DNA of 64,000 nucleotides. It comes from Candidatus Bathyarchaeia archaeon (GTDB taxonomy: Archaea; Thermoproteota; Bathyarchaeia; Bathyarchaeales; Bathycorpusculaceae). The position numbers and the translations under genes are program-made. Numbering within the stretch: position 1 is the first letter of the stretch; each line of letters begins with the position of its first letter. The notes under the pieces are model-generated. The model had not been told where the DNA came from, did not search any database, and saw nothing but the letters and a program-made list of their open reading frames with translations. Shown one piece after another: positions 1-9,536 of the stretch. The DNA lies in NCBI GenBank assembly GCA_049512075.1, contig JBEKXL010000001.1, positions 32,001-96,000 on the forward strand, given 5' to 3'.

Positions 1-2
1 AA

Positions 3-620
3 CAGCTCAAAGTAGTAGCTGACAGCATATCCGGCAGAAATGACGTGTTTGTGCTTTCAGACGAAATCTACAGCAGAATAATCTACGAAGGCAAGCACGA
101 AAGCATAACGCAATTCCCGGGAATGAAGGACAAGACAATCCTTTTGGACGGGTTCTCAAAAACGTATGCCATGACCGGCTGGAGACTCGGCTACGGAGTT
201 ATGAGAAAGGACTTGGCTGAAAAAGTTGCCCAACTGATGACGAACTCAAACTCGTGCACCTGCGCTTTCACCCAATTAGCCGGGGTTGAAGCCTTAACAG
301 GACCGCAGAAAGAACCAGAAAGAATGGTTGAGGAATTCAGAAAGAGACGAGAAGTGATAGTTTCCGGCCTGAACAACATCGAGGGCATAACATGCAAAAA
401 GCCACATGGAGCTTTCTACGTGTTTCCGAACATCACGGGAACAGGCATGGACTCTCGCACGCTCCAAGACCACCTGCTCAACAACGCTGGCGTGGCAGTT
501 CTAGCAGGCACATCCTTCGGAAAATACGGTGAAGGCTACCTGCGCTCATCCTTCGCCAACTCCGTTGAAAACATAAAGAAAGCCTTAGACCGCATAGCAA
601 AGGCTGTTAAGAAAAAATAA
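3..620 (+). CDS. PLP-dependent class I/II (aspartate-type) aminotransferase, 5' part outside window
   Basis: SDEIY and GFSKTYAMTGWRLGY PLP-lysine motifs; frame is open from base 3. Confidence 0.9.
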   Translation, partial: QLKVVADSISGRNDVFVLSDEIYSRIIYEGKHESITQFPGMKDKTILLDGFSKTYAMTGWRLGYGVMRKDLAEKVAQLMTNSNSCTCAFTQLAGVEALTGPQKEPERMVEEFRKRREVIVSGLNNIEGITCKKPHGAFYVFPNITGTGMDSRTLQDHLLNNAGVAVLAGTSFGKYGEGYLRSSFANSVENIKKALDRIAKAVKKK

Positions 621-626
621 ACCTCT

Positions 627-1004
627 CTAATCTTCCACTTTTTCCTCGGTCAGAGTCTCAACTATGTCGGAGGCTAGACGCACTAGATCGTCGGCCTGTT
701 TCATGGCCTTCTCGCCGTCGACTTCTTCAATCTGGGTCAACTGCTGAAACATCGCCTCAATTTCAACCAGAAACCTCAAAATGGGATCCGTAATCGGAGC
801 CTGCGTCTTCTCAGCCGTTTCCCTCACAACTATCTCCACGAAGGCGGGCTCTCCCAGACTGTAGTAGATGGCGTTCCTAGCTTTTCTGATGGCCTCCAGA
901 ACCAAGCTTGGAGCCATGTAGGGCATTTTTCTTGCGGCCTGAAGCTCCGCCTTTGCTTCGCGCAAGTATCGCAATGCCCAGCTTCGTCTGTAATCATCCA
1001 TCAT
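627..1004 (-). CDS. Hypothetical helical protein, HEPN-like N-terminus
   Basis: W..RYLREAKAEL..A pattern resembles HEPN helix 1; no clear RxxxxH motif. Confidence 0.55.
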   Translation of the reverse strand: MMDDYRRSWALRYLREAKAELQAARKMPYMAPSLVLEAIRKARNAIYYSLGEPAFVEIVVRETAEKTQAPITDPILRFLVEIEAMFQQLTQIEEVDGEKAMKQADDLVRLASDIVETLTEEKVED

Positions 1005-1053
1005 TACTGTTCGCCCTTAATTCGACTGAAAGAACAGCCGAGTTTAAGCAAGG

Positions 1054-1320
1054 CTACGCGCCCTCTGGCGCTTCCTCCGTCGATTCCGCCCCTTCCGGCT
1101 CTACTCCCTCGGAGGTCTCCTCTTGCAGTTGCCTTTGTTCTGCCGCCACAAACCGAGTTATGTAGCCCGCGATCTGGTTCAGAACCTTGGGCGTTCCTCC
1201 CTGCACTAGACTGTTAACCAAATGCTTGTTGTTCTCAAAATCATTAGAGAATTTGTCAGGAAATCGTTTGATAAGCTCCTTAGCTGTTCGTTTGATTTGT
1301 TCTGTTCGCACGTTCCCCAA
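1054..1320 (-). CDS. rps17e: 30S ribosomal protein S17e
   Basis: MGNVRT..IKR.AKEL, DFENNK and NQIAGYIT motifs; acidic tail. Confidence 0.95.
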   Translation of the reverse strand: MGNVRTEQIKRTAKELIKRFPDKFSNDFENNKHLVNSLVQGGTPKVLNQIAGYITRFVAAEQRQLQEETSEGVEPEGAESTEEAPEGA

Positions 1321-1543
1321 ACTTCACGGTCCTCCGAATGCTCTTGACTTTCTACTCACTCCAACGCAAGTAAATTCTAGTTTGAACTGTCATAAACCAA
1401 CCATACTAATTTAAGCTTACCCCATAGCAATTGCAAAATGCCCTATCCAAGACACATCGGAACCATCCGTGCCAATCGCTTGCAGACAGAACCTCATCCC
1501 TTAAGCGCAAAGCAGACAAGACTGAAATCAAACAAGTTCATCT

Positions 1544-2323
1544 TCACTCCAGCTTCACATCAAAGAAATCTTGGAAATTCCTCAGTATCTGCTCCGCAAC
1601 TTCTTCTGCGCTCATGTTTTTTACCTCTGCGAAGGCCGCAATCACGTTGGGGATAAAAGCGGGTGTCGTTCTTTTTCCTTCAAAAGGTTTTTTGAAAAAG
1701 CGAACGGGCCCGTCAGTCTCTGTTAACAGATTGGTCAAGGGCACCATTTTGACCACGTCACGTATGCCGTCTGAATAGGCTGCCGGCGGCCCCTCAGTGA
1801 TATAGTAACCTCTTTCGACAGCCTTAACGAGCGCGCTGATGGGATTGCTGAACCAGTGCAGCAACACCTTCTTGAGCTTGTAGGAGGGAAGCATGTCGAC
1901 AATCTGGACAGTCGTGCCCCGTGAATGGATAATAGCGGGCAGACCAAGCTTCTCAGCCAAACGCAGCATCAAATCAAAAACTTTCACCTGTTTATCCCAT
2001 ATCTCCATATACTTGGAATCCAGCCCTATCTCGCCCAAAGCGACAAACGCCCTATTCCCCCTCTGCGCTGAAATCAACTGTAACACTTGATTAAGCTCAT
2101 CCTCCTTCAGACCCTTCACAGTCCAGGGATGGATACCCAACGCAGCATAGACCATCCCAGGATGTCGCTCTGTCACTTCTAAGGTTCCTTGGCAGGTTTT
2201 CAGGTCTATGGAGTTTGAAACCAAGGCCACCACACCTGAGTTCTTGGCTTCAGTCAGAACTTCACTGACAACTCCAGCATACTCCTCGTCTGAAAGATGA
2301 ATGTGCGCGTCAACAAACTTCAT
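1544..2323 (-). CDS. tatD: TatD family hydrolase/DNase
   Basis: DAHIH, GIHP, GEIGLD, IHSR, LHWF and ETDGP motifs; ATG at 2323. Confidence 0.92.
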   Translation of the reverse strand: MKFVDAHIHLSDEEYAGVVSEVLTEAKNSGVVALVSNSIDLKTCQGTLEVTERHPGMVYAALGIHPWTVKGLKEDELNQVLQLISAQRGNRAFVALGEIGLDSKYMEIWDKQVKVFDLMLRLAEKLGLPAIIHSRGTTVQIVDMLPSYKLKKVLLHWFSNPISALVKAVERGYYITEGPPAAYSDGIRDVVKMVPLTNLLTETDGPVRFFKKPFEGKRTTPAFIPNVIAAFAEVKNMSAEEVAEQILRNFQDFFDVKLE

Positions 2324-2516
2324 TGACAACCACTTTGAACACCACTCATACAACATCTGCTTTTATAAATTCGCCTGGGAACAAGCTTTTAACAAGCTTT
2401 TTTCACTTATGTCTAAACCTCCAGTTTGTTTCCAAGATGCGCTGTTCTCAGTCGAACTCAAGAGTACGTGAGTTGTCCCTAGTAGCGCGCGCGGAACCGA
2501 TAAGCCTAAATACGGC

Positions 2517-2524
2517 TTTAAATA
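2517..2524 (+). promoter_or_regulatory. Putative TATA box of the histone gene
   Basis: TTTAAATA about 27 nt upstream of the GTG start. Confidence 0.4.
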
Positions 2525-2550
2525 GTAAAAGAGGCTACGGAGGACTCTTT

Positions 2551-2772
2551 GTGGTCGATTTAGAGTTGGCTGTAGCCCCAATGCATAGACTGTGCAAAAA
2601 GGCTGGAGCTGACAGAGTTAGCGAAGCAGCAGCGAAAGAGCTAGCAAAAGCCTTAGGGGAAATCGGCGTAAAAATCGCCAAAGAAGCTCTAGACTTCGCA
2701 ATGCACGCTGGAAGAAAAACTATAAAGTCTGAAGATATCGAAATCGCAGCCAGAAAAGTCATGGGCAAATAA
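2551..2772 (+). CDS. Archaeal histone (HMf family)
   Basis: [19 protein letters not shown] and [12 protein letters not shown] histone-fold motifs; GGAGGA SD before GTG. Confidence 0.95.
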   Translation: MVDLELAVAPMHRLCKKAGADRVSEAAAKELAKALGEIGVKIAKEALDFAMHAGRKTIKSEDIEIAARKVMGK

Positions 2773-2773
2773 A

Positions 2774-2803
2774 CCTTTTTTCCCAGTTTCTCCTTTCTTT
2801 TTA
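2774..2803 (+). terminator. Oligo-T/pyrimidine terminator after the histone gene
   Basis: T/C-rich run directly after the stop codon. Confidence 0.5.
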
Positions 2804-2898
2804 TCAAAATGGCGCAGACCGATACAATCGAATACCTGTCTTAATGTGGAAAACCCTTAAGAACTTCGAACAGACTTCAATATCAGAAGCTGATAAAC

Positions 2899-3222
2899 AT
2901 GGGTGGAAAGAAGAAGCTCAACCTGAAACAAATGGAACGAATGCAAGACAAGAAGGATGAGGAGGACAAAGAAAAGAAGAAGAAAGAGAAAGGCGGAGCA
3001 CCGAAAGAAAAGAGAGCTTCGGCAGTGGTCCCGCCAGACGCGAAAAACGACAAAATCATCGCTGAGCTTAAGAAAATGCACGTTTTAACCCCTTACGCCG
3101 TATCCACTCGATACAACATAAGAATTAGCGCCGCCAAGGATTTCTTGGAGGAGCTACAACAAAACGGCACGATTCAACTCGTTTCTGGAAGCCACAACAT
3201 CAAAATATACAAGGCAGACTGA
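2899..3222 (+). CDS. rps25e: 30S ribosomal protein S25e
   Basis: Basic N-terminus; VLTPYAVS..YNIRIS.AK..LEEL winged-helix pattern; ends IKIY. Confidence 0.9.
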   Translation: MGGKKKLNLKQMERMQDKKDEEDKEKKKKEKGGAPKEKRASAVVPPDAKNDKIIAELKKMHVLTPYAVSTRYNIRISAAKDFLEELQQNGTIQLVSGSHNIKIYKAD

Positions 3223-3292
3223 ACCCTTCCCACCTTAGCAACTCATTCGTCTACGCATGTGTCCGATCGACTGTTAGAAGGTTAGAACCTGT

Positions 3293-3772
3293 TTGGATTT
3301 TCCCAGGAGAATCTACACAGAAGAGGAAGTCAACAAGGCCAGAGAACTGGTTGAGAAGGGATACAAACACAGTTTGATATCTGAAGGCAGTCCAGCCTTC
3401 AAGCAGAAGGTAAAAAGAGCACTCGAACTGGTCAAAGCTGCGGGTTACTGCGATTTTTTGAGAACTTACATTCGTGCAATAAAGGAGATTGACGGCCTGA
3501 CCCAGCTCCGACAGGCTGACGCTGCAATATGGGCGAACATGTACGCCGTGGAGAATCCCGTTGACGCGGCCAGTCTTCTTGTGCAAAAGGCCAACTACAT
3601 GAAGGAATACCTGGAGGGCAAGCTCTACTATGGTGGAGCAGCGGAGAAACGTTCAGACGAAAAACGCATAGAATTTCTCAAAGTGTTAGAAACCAAGAGT
3701 CAGGAAAAGCAGGTTAGAGAAGAGTGTGAGAGAATCCTGAAGCTGTGGAGAGAGGGTTACTGGGTGTATTAG
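3293..3772 (+). CDS. Hypothetical protein
   Basis: 159-aa ORF with protein-like composition; stop overlaps the convergent gene. Confidence 0.7.
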   Translation: MDFPRRIYTEEEVNKARELVEKGYKHSLISEGSPAFKQKVKRALELVKAAGYCDFLRTYIRAIKEIDGLTQLRQADAAIWANMYAVENPVDAASLLVQKANYMKEYLEGKLYYGGAAEKRSDEKRIEFLKVLETKSQEKQVREECERILKLWREGYWVY

Positions 3773-4152
3773 ACGCTTTCAACCCTGATTTTTGTTCCGC
3801 TCTTCACCCTTTTGAATAGCTCAAGGTTCGCAGTGACTTTGCCCAAGATGCTCACAGGGCTGTAAGGCTGCGAGCTGCCATGGAAGATGCATATGGCGCT
3901 TCCCATCGGCCAAAACGCGATGGTGCCGACCTCGACGGTGCCCTTGGCCTTCTCTTCTCCCATCTTAATCGGCGTTCCGAAGTACACCTCTTCCTTCCAC
4001 ATTGCCACTCTGCCCTCTATGGGTAGTTTCCTCACTATCAGATCCACAGTCCTAGGCGCGAGAAAGCGAACCAGTTCTCCTTCTGCCTCGCCCAGACCCT
4101 CGACTATAAACTTTACTTTTACGCGGGATATCTCTGCTTTTTCTTCACTCAT
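3769..4152 (-). CDS. Cyclophilin-like fold protein (DUF369/TM1367-like)
   Basis: APRTV, W.EEVYF, G.IAFWP.G.AICIF.G and PV..LGKV motifs. Confidence 0.85.
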   Translation of the reverse strand: MSEEKAEISRVKVKFIVEGLGEAEGELVRFLAPRTVDLIVRKLPIEGRVAMWKEEVYFGTPIKMGEEKAKGTVEVGTIAFWPMGSAICIFHGSSQPYSPVSILGKVTANLELFKRVKSGTKIRVESV

Positions 4153-5483
4153 TTTTCTTTCCGTCTTCTTTGAATGAACTCGTCCAGTATCTGCTCGAGA
4201 GAAACTGGCCCCAAAACTTTGAGCTCATACTTCACTCTTACAGTGGGCTTGTTAATAGCTATGACTCTTCTGAGGTCGATGGGTGTCCCGATGACTACAA
4301 CGTCGCAGGGTGTCCGATCGATGGTCTCCTTTAGCTCCGCTATCTGTTTTTCACCGTAACCCAACGCAGGAAGAACGGCCCCCAAATGCGGGTACTTCCT
4401 GTACGTTTCCTTTATCGAGCCCACCGCGTAAGGTCTTGGATCAACCAGCTCAGACGCACCAAAATTCTTCGCGAACACCACGCCGGCTCCATAGGACATG
4501 CCACCGTGCGTTACCGTGGGTCCATCCTCAATCGCCAGGACTCTCTTTCCCCGGACAGCTTCTGGATTCTCAGCGGTTATGGGTGAAGCCGCTTCCAGCA
4601 CTGTAGCCTTTGGATTAACGGACTTTATGTTTTCTCTCACTTGTTTGACCTTCTGTGGATCAGCAGTGTCAACCTTGTTTATTATAATGACATTCGCCAT
4701 TCGCAGGTTGGTTTCACCGGGGTAGTATGTCAACTCGTTTCCTGCCCTGTGAGGGTCGGCCACGACGATGTTTAGATCAGGTCTGTAGAACGACATGTCG
4801 TTGTTGCCTCCGTCCCACACTATCACGTCGGCTTCTGTCTCGGCTTCTCTCAGAATCTCTTGATAGTCAACTCCTGCGTAGACGATTATTCCGTTGTCGA
4901 TGTGCGGCTCGTACTCTTCTCTTTCCTCAATCGTGCACTCATACCTGTCCAAATCCGCGTAAGAAGCGAAGCGCTCGCACACCTGTTTTCTCAAATCTCC
5001 ATAGGGCATCGGATGTCTAACAGCTGCAACGTTCAGACCTTTGCTCTTCAAGATCTTTGCAACCTGCCGGGAGGTTTGGCTCTTGCCTGATCCTGTTCTG
5101 ACTGCGCACACGGAGACAACGGGGACCTCAGCCTTCAGCATAGTTGTCTTGGGCCCCATCAGACGAAAGTCCGCACCGTTTGCCAAAACTAAGGAAGCCT
5201 TGTGCATAACATACTCATGGGAAACGTCGCTGTAAGCGAAAACAACCTGGTCAATATCATGCTCTCTTATCAGTCCGGGGAGCTCCTCCTCCGAGCATAT
5301 TGGTATCCCATCCGGGTACTTTGAGCCGGCAAGCTCGGTCGGATAGCGGCGTCCTTCTATTCCAGGTATCTGGGTGGCTGTAAAGGCCACGACGTCATAT
5401 GCGTCGTTGTCTCGGAAGTGAACGTTAAAGTTGTGGAAGTCTCTCCCGGCGGCGCCCATTATTATAACCTTGATTTTCTGCAT
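4149..5483 (-). CDS. arcE: ArcE-type arginine synthetase / cyclic 2,3-diphosphoglycerate synthetase-like P-loop protein
   Basis: GAAGRDFHNFN, RTGSGKSQTSR, RHPMPYG, TIEEREEYE, WDGGNND and EDGPT.THGGM motifs, recalled from Thermococcus ArcE. Confidence 0.8.
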   Translation of the reverse strand: MQKIKVIIMGAAGRDFHNFNVHFRDNDAYDVVAFTATQIPGIEGRRYPTELAGSKYPDGIPICSEEELPGLIREHDIDQVVFAYSDVSHEYVMHKASLVLANGADFRLMGPKTTMLKAEVPVVSVCAVRTGSGKSQTSRQVAKILKSKGLNVAAVRHPMPYGDLRKQVCERFASYADLDRYECTIEEREEYEPHIDNGIIVYAGVDYQEILREAETEADVIVWDGGNNDMSFYRPDLNIVVADPHRAGNELTYYPGETNLRMANVIIINKVDTADPQKVKQVRENIKSVNPKATVLEAASPITAENPEAVRGKRVLAIEDGPTVTHGGMSYGAGVVFAKNFGASELVDPRPYAVGSIKETYRKYPHLGAVLPALGYGEKQIAELKETIDRTPCDVVVIGTPIDLRRVIAINKPTVRVKYELKVLGPVSLEQILDEFIQRRRKEK

Positions 5484-5564
5484 GATGGAATCCTCCGTTA
5501 AAACCCCAAATCTGGGGGTTCAATACTAGCGCGCGCATTCCATATAAACCTTAACGTTGCGGCG

Positions 5565-6668
5565 CTATTTTAGTAATTGTAGGACACTGTCGCTTATGTA
5601 GTCTATTTGTTTCGCTGTGACTCCAGGATGGACTGGTAACGAGAACACCCGTTCTGAGGCTTTTTCTGTCTCTGGAAGTCTGTATCTGCCGAACTTGCGG
5701 TAGTAGGGCATGAGGTGTATTGGGTTCACGTAGCAGATGAACGCGTCTATTCCCTTCTGCTTCAGCTTCTCAACAACGTCGTCTCTCTTTTCCTTCTTTG
5801 CTTTTTTCAATCGGACAGTGTAGAGGTACCAGGAGCACTTGAAGCCCTCTGGTTCGCTTGGCAGTTGAAGACCCTTTGCCTTCTCGAGGTTTTCAGTGAG
5901 TCTTTTCGCGTTCTGGCGTCTTCTGGCCACAAACTTCGGCAGCTTTTTGAGTTGTTCGACACCTATGGCGGCTGCTATTTCCGGCATGTGGTAGTTGTGT
6001 CCAAGCATCAGAGATTGATACTTCTTTTTCTCTCCGTGACTGCGAATGTACCGTGGAATTTCCGCAATCTCGTCGCTGTTCGTTGTTATCATGCCGCCTT
6101 CGCCCGTTGTCATGTTCTTGCTTCCGTAGAAACTCCAGCACGCAGCGTCAGCAAAGGCTCCCGCAGGTTTTCCCTTGTACGTAGCTCCGTGAGCCTGAGC
6201 TGCATCCTCAATGATTTTGAGCCCATGCTTGTTGGCAATCTCTCTTATCGGCTGCACGTCAGCGGGCATGCCATACAGGTCAACCGGCATTATCGCCTTG
6301 GTCTTCTTCGTCACAGCCTTCTCAACCGCCTTCGGAGAAACGGTGTACGTGTCCGAGTTTATGTCAACAAAGACTGGTTTTGCTCTGTTGAAGACTACGA
6401 CCTCGGCTGTAGCCACAAACGTGAAGCTTGGCAAAATGACCTCGTCACCCGTCTTGACGCCAGCCGCTGCAAGAGCCGAATGAAGCGCAGCCGTTCCAGA
6501 GTTCATGGCTATTCCGTGCCTTGCCCTTACAAATCTGGCAAAGGCCTTCTCGAACTCTGTGACCTTCGGGCCTGCACCCAGGCCGGATGTGAGCACACCG
6601 CTCTTCAGGACTTTGACAACAGCTTCAATCTCTTCCTCGCCAATCTGCGGAGCATTAATCGATATCAT
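5565..6668 (-). CDS. DegT/DnrJ/EryC1/StrS sugar aminotransferase
   Basis: NSGTAALH, FTFVATA, EDAAQAHGA and SFYGSKNMTTGEGG motifs. Confidence 0.93.
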   Translation of the reverse strand: MISINAPQIGEEEIEAVVKVLKSGVLTSGLGAGPKVTEFEKAFARFVRARHGIAMNSGTAALHSALAAAGVKTGDEVILPSFTFVATAEVVVFNRAKPVFVDINSDTYTVSPKAVEKAVTKKTKAIMPVDLYGMPADVQPIREIANKHGLKIIEDAAQAHGATYKGKPAGAFADAACWSFYGSKNMTTGEGGMITTNSDEIAEIPRYIRSHGEKKKYQSLMLGHNYHMPEIAAAIGVEQLKKLPKFVARRRQNAKRLTENLEKAKGLQLPSEPEGFKCSWYLYTVRLKKAKKEKRDDVVEKLKQKGIDAFICYVNPIHLMPYYRKFGRYRLPETEKASERVFSLPVHPGVTAKQIDYISDSVLQLLK

Positions 6669-6746
6669 CCCGACGCCTTCCAGTTACTATGTCGGTCTTA
6701 TGTTAATAACTTCCGCCTTTCGACTCAAGTTTGCAGGTCGAAGAGA

Positions 6747-7394
6747 TTATAAGAACCGATTGGCCAAGCCTTTCACTCTGTTGAGAAACTCTTCCTTTTC
6801 TCTTTCGACCTCTTCCATTCTTTTCGACAGAAACTCGAGTTCCTCGGATATTTCCTCGAGCCACTGTTCCATCGCCAAGCTGCACTCTTTGTCGGTCATT
6901 TTTGAGAGGTATTTTGAGACATCTTGGGCCGCATTCTTCTCTAGCGAGTGTAGGGGATAGTTGATTTCCTGAAACTTTGAGAATGGAAAGAAGTGCCTAG
7001 TTGAGCGTGGTTCCATGAGGTGGCCACTCATCCCAGCTGAAATAACTTGTTCGATGGTTATTTCCTTGTCCACGCCTTCTGTGTATCGGTGTATTCTCCT
7101 TTTTCCAACGTGTATCTTCTGGTTCTTGAAGACATCGACGAGAATGACTGGTATCAGCTCGTAGCCAAGGCTCTTCAGTGCGAGCCAGCGGTGCATCCCG
7201 TCCAAGATGACATGGGTCTGTTCATCGGCTATTATCGGATGCTTAAGCACATTATCCTTGAGGATTTCTTTTCTCAAGAGCTCAAGGTACAGCGGGGAAC
7301 CTTTTTCATGCGGCTTGAGCTGGTCAACTCGCAGCAAGGTCACTCTTGCATCGGTGTTGTCGACCTTCAAAACTGTGGATGTCGCATGATTCAC
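6747..7394 (-). CDS. ParB/Srx-fold protein, SerK/SbnI-like (possible free serine kinase)
   Basis: LKPHE, ILDGMHRW and C-terminal EPRSTRHFFPF resembling SerK PKTTRHVLPF; 3 nt downstream of trpB2. Confidence 0.65.
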   Translation of the reverse strand: MNHATSTVLKVDNTDARVTLLRVDQLKPHEKGSPLYLELLRKEILKDNVLKHPIIADEQTHVILDGMHRWLALKSLGYELIPVILVDVFKNQKIHVGKRRIHRYTEGVDKEITIEQVISAGMSGHLMEPRSTRHFFPFSKFQEINYPLHSLEKNAAQDVSKYLSKMTDKECSLAMEQWLEEISEELEFLSKRMEEVEREKEEFLNRVKGLANRFL

Positions 7395-7397
7395 CTT

Positions 7398-8759
7398 TTA
7401 GTGGCTGAACGTCGGAACTTCGATTTTTTCGGGCTCGTACTCTACGAGTTTGCCCGAGAGGTATTGTTCGTAGGCTGATAGATCGAGGAGGCCGTGTCCG
7501 CTGTAGTTCATGGCGATGACTTTTTTTTCGCCTGTCTTTCTGCATTTCAAAGCCTCGTCCATCACGAACTTCAGGCTGTGGGCGGTTTCGGGAGCCGCTA
7601 TCATACCCTCCGTTTGAGCTAGAAGTTCGGCAGCCTCGAAGACCTCGGTTTGGTTGTAAGCCACTGAACGGGCGTACCCTTTATGAATCAGGTAGGAAAT
7701 GAGCGGTGACATACCGTGGTACCTTAGGCCCCCCGCATGGACTGGTGGACAGGCGTAGTCGTGCCCTATCGTCAGCATTTTGATGAGCGGAGTCATCTTG
7801 GCGGTGTCTCCATAATCGTAGGTGTAGACCCCTCGGGTTGTGTGTGGAACGGCTTTGGATTCACAAGCAACAAATTCTGTGTTCGTTTTTCCTTTGAGCT
7901 TGTCCACCATGAAAGGGAAACAGAAACCGCCGTAGTTGGAGCCGCCTCCTATGCAGCCGCAGACGACATCCGGGGCCACGTCTATGTGTTCAAACTGTTT
8001 CTTTGCTTCCAACCCAATTATGGTCTGGTGCATCAGAACATGGTTTAGGACAGAGCCCAGAGAATAACGGGTGCCTTCGTGTGTAAGCGTGTCTTCGATG
8101 GCTTCGCTTATGGCGATGCCGAGTGTTCCAGGATGATTTGGATTCTCTTTCAGCAGCTTCCTGCCAAAAACTGTTTGATCGCTTGGTGACGGAAACATTT
8201 CGGCTCCGTACAACTGAGCCATCGTCCTTCTCCCAGGCTTGTTCTGATAACTCACGCGAACCATGTATATCCGACATTTGAGTCCGAAGAGCGAGGTTGC
8301 CAAAGCCAAGGCTGTGCCCCATTGCCCAGCCCCCGTCTCAGTCGCCAGCCTCTTGATTCCCTGCTTCATGTTGTAGTATGCCTGTGCAATGGCTGTGTTG
8401 GTTTTGTGGCTGCCTGCTGGGCTGAAGTTTTCACATTTGAAATAGATGTGGGCGGACGTCTTGAGGGATCTCTCGAATCTTCTGGCGCGGTAGAGTGGTG
8501 TTGGACGGGGCAGTCTCAGATACGCGTCAAGCACGTCGTCGGGTATCCTCACGAACCGTTCTGTTGACATTTCTTGTGCTACGAGTTCCTTTGCGAATAT
8601 TCTTTCAAGAACGTTAGGGCTTATCGGCTTTAGTGTTGTTGGGTCCAGTGGAGGGGGCAGAGGCTCTGGAAGATCCGCTTGGATGTTATACCAAGACGCG
8701 GGTATTTCATCAGGCTCTAACTGTGTTACACATTCTCTATTCTTGCTCATAGTTGTCAT
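7398..8759 (-). CDS. trpB2: Tryptophan synthase beta chain, type 2
   Basis: WYNI.ADLP, GSHKTNTA, TETGAGQWG, LGSVLNHV, HAGGLRYHG and SGHGLLDL motifs; AGGAGA SD before ATG 8759. Confidence 0.95.
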   Translation of the reverse strand: MTTMSKNRECVTQLEPDEIPASWYNIQADLPEPLPPPLDPTTLKPISPNVLERIFAKELVAQEMSTERFVRIPDDVLDAYLRLPRPTPLYRARRFERSLKTSAHIYFKCENFSPAGSHKTNTAIAQAYYNMKQGIKRLATETGAGQWGTALALATSLFGLKCRIYMVRVSYQNKPGRRTMAQLYGAEMFPSPSDQTVFGRKLLKENPNHPGTLGIAISEAIEDTLTHEGTRYSLGSVLNHVLMHQTIIGLEAKKQFEHIDVAPDVVCGCIGGGSNYGGFCFPFMVDKLKGKTNTEFVACESKAVPHTTRGVYTYDYGDTAKMTPLIKMLTIGHDYACPPVHAGGLRYHGMSPLISYLIHKGYARSVAYNQTEVFEAAELLAQTEGMIAAPETAHSLKFVMDEALKCRKTGEKKVIAMNYSGHGLLDLSAYEQYLSGKLVEYEPEKIEVPTFSH

Positions 8760-8773
8760 TTCGGCTTCTCCTA

Positions 8774-8857
8774 TGTACATTTGTGTTCGTTTGTGTATGT
8801 TAATGGTCTAACTAGTATACAGGAACATATTTATACTTTATTGCACGGAAATGTACA
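8774..8857. promoter_or_regulatory. TRP boxes (TGTACA) in the trpB2-trpY divergent promoter
   Basis: Perfect TGTACA at 8774-8779 and 8852-8857, near match TATACA at 8816-8821; TGTACA is the known TrpY operator consensus. Confidence 0.7.
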
Positions 8858-8873
8858 TTAAGGAAACCGTAAC

Positions 8874-9377
8874 ATGTGGAACAACGCTAAAAGATATTTT
8901 GAGGGTCATCCAGAAAGGCTTAAGGTAGCTCGTGTACTGATAGAAAGCGGGCTGGCCGTGAGAAACAGGAAAATCTATCTTAACGAAATTGAAATTCCGC
9001 CTGTCCGAGTTGCACGGGCTGCCGGAGTGGATAGGCGAACAGTCGTAGAGACGTTGAAGGCCATTGGATCTGACCGTGAACTTCGATCGATATTTGAAGA
9101 CATAAGGCCCGCTGGGCATTCGCTAAGGGAAATTGCCAAGCATCTGAACCTCGGTGTGGTTGAAATAACACCCGTGGACGCCAAGACCCCGGGCATATTA
9201 GCAGGGTCTGCCATGATTTTGGCAAAGAATGGCCTGAGCATTAGACAGGCAATCGTTGACGACCCGGAACTTTCACCGGAACCCAAACTCACGTTGATTG
9301 TTGAGAAAAAAATCCCTGGAGAACTCATTCCAGAACTACTGAACGTAAAAGGAGTGGCCAAGGTTTCAATCTACTAG
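8874..9377 (+). CDS. trpY: TrpY-type HTH-ACT tryptophan-responsive regulator (COG2150)
   Basis: VARAAGVDRRTV HTH, PGILA..A..LA..GLSIRQA..DDPEL ACT domain, ends VSIY; divergent from trpB2. Confidence 0.85.
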   Translation: MWNNAKRYFEGHPERLKVARVLIESGLAVRNRKIYLNEIEIPPVRVARAAGVDRRTVVETLKAIGSDRELRSIFEDIRPAGHSLREIAKHLNLGVVEITPVDAKTPGILAGSAMILAKNGLSIRQAIVDDPELSPEPKLTLIVEKKIPGELIPELLNVKGVAKVSIY

Positions 9378-9536
9378 ATGGCCAACAGTGATACCCTCAA
9401 AGTTACGGATTTGAGCACACTTCGCGTTGCCAAGCTTTCGCAGGGTCTAGACATCAAAAACGTACGTTCTTGACAGAAAGGATAATAGAGAACTTCAAGC
9501 GCAGTTTATTCATTCATAGTCACGGACGGCTGACTG

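Noticed and set aside
541-552. TCA (Ser) in RSSF where RLSF is usual, as support for C-to-U editing
   Set aside because: A single site. Other odd substitutions in the window (S17e VLNQ, histone LGEI) are not C/U type, so it is not evidence for editing.
627-1004. HEPN toxin of a toxin-antitoxin pair
   Set aside because: No RxxxxH motif and no adjacent MNT antitoxin; it sits among housekeeping genes.
2323-2550. Long N-terminal extension on the histone
   Set aside because: The SD and TATA-like box point to GTG 2551; the upstream frame is promoter DNA.
5715-6752. 345-aa plus-strand ORF
   Set aside because: Antisense shadow of the DegT aminotransferase with no recognisable motifs; the same applies to most short overlapping ORFs in the track.
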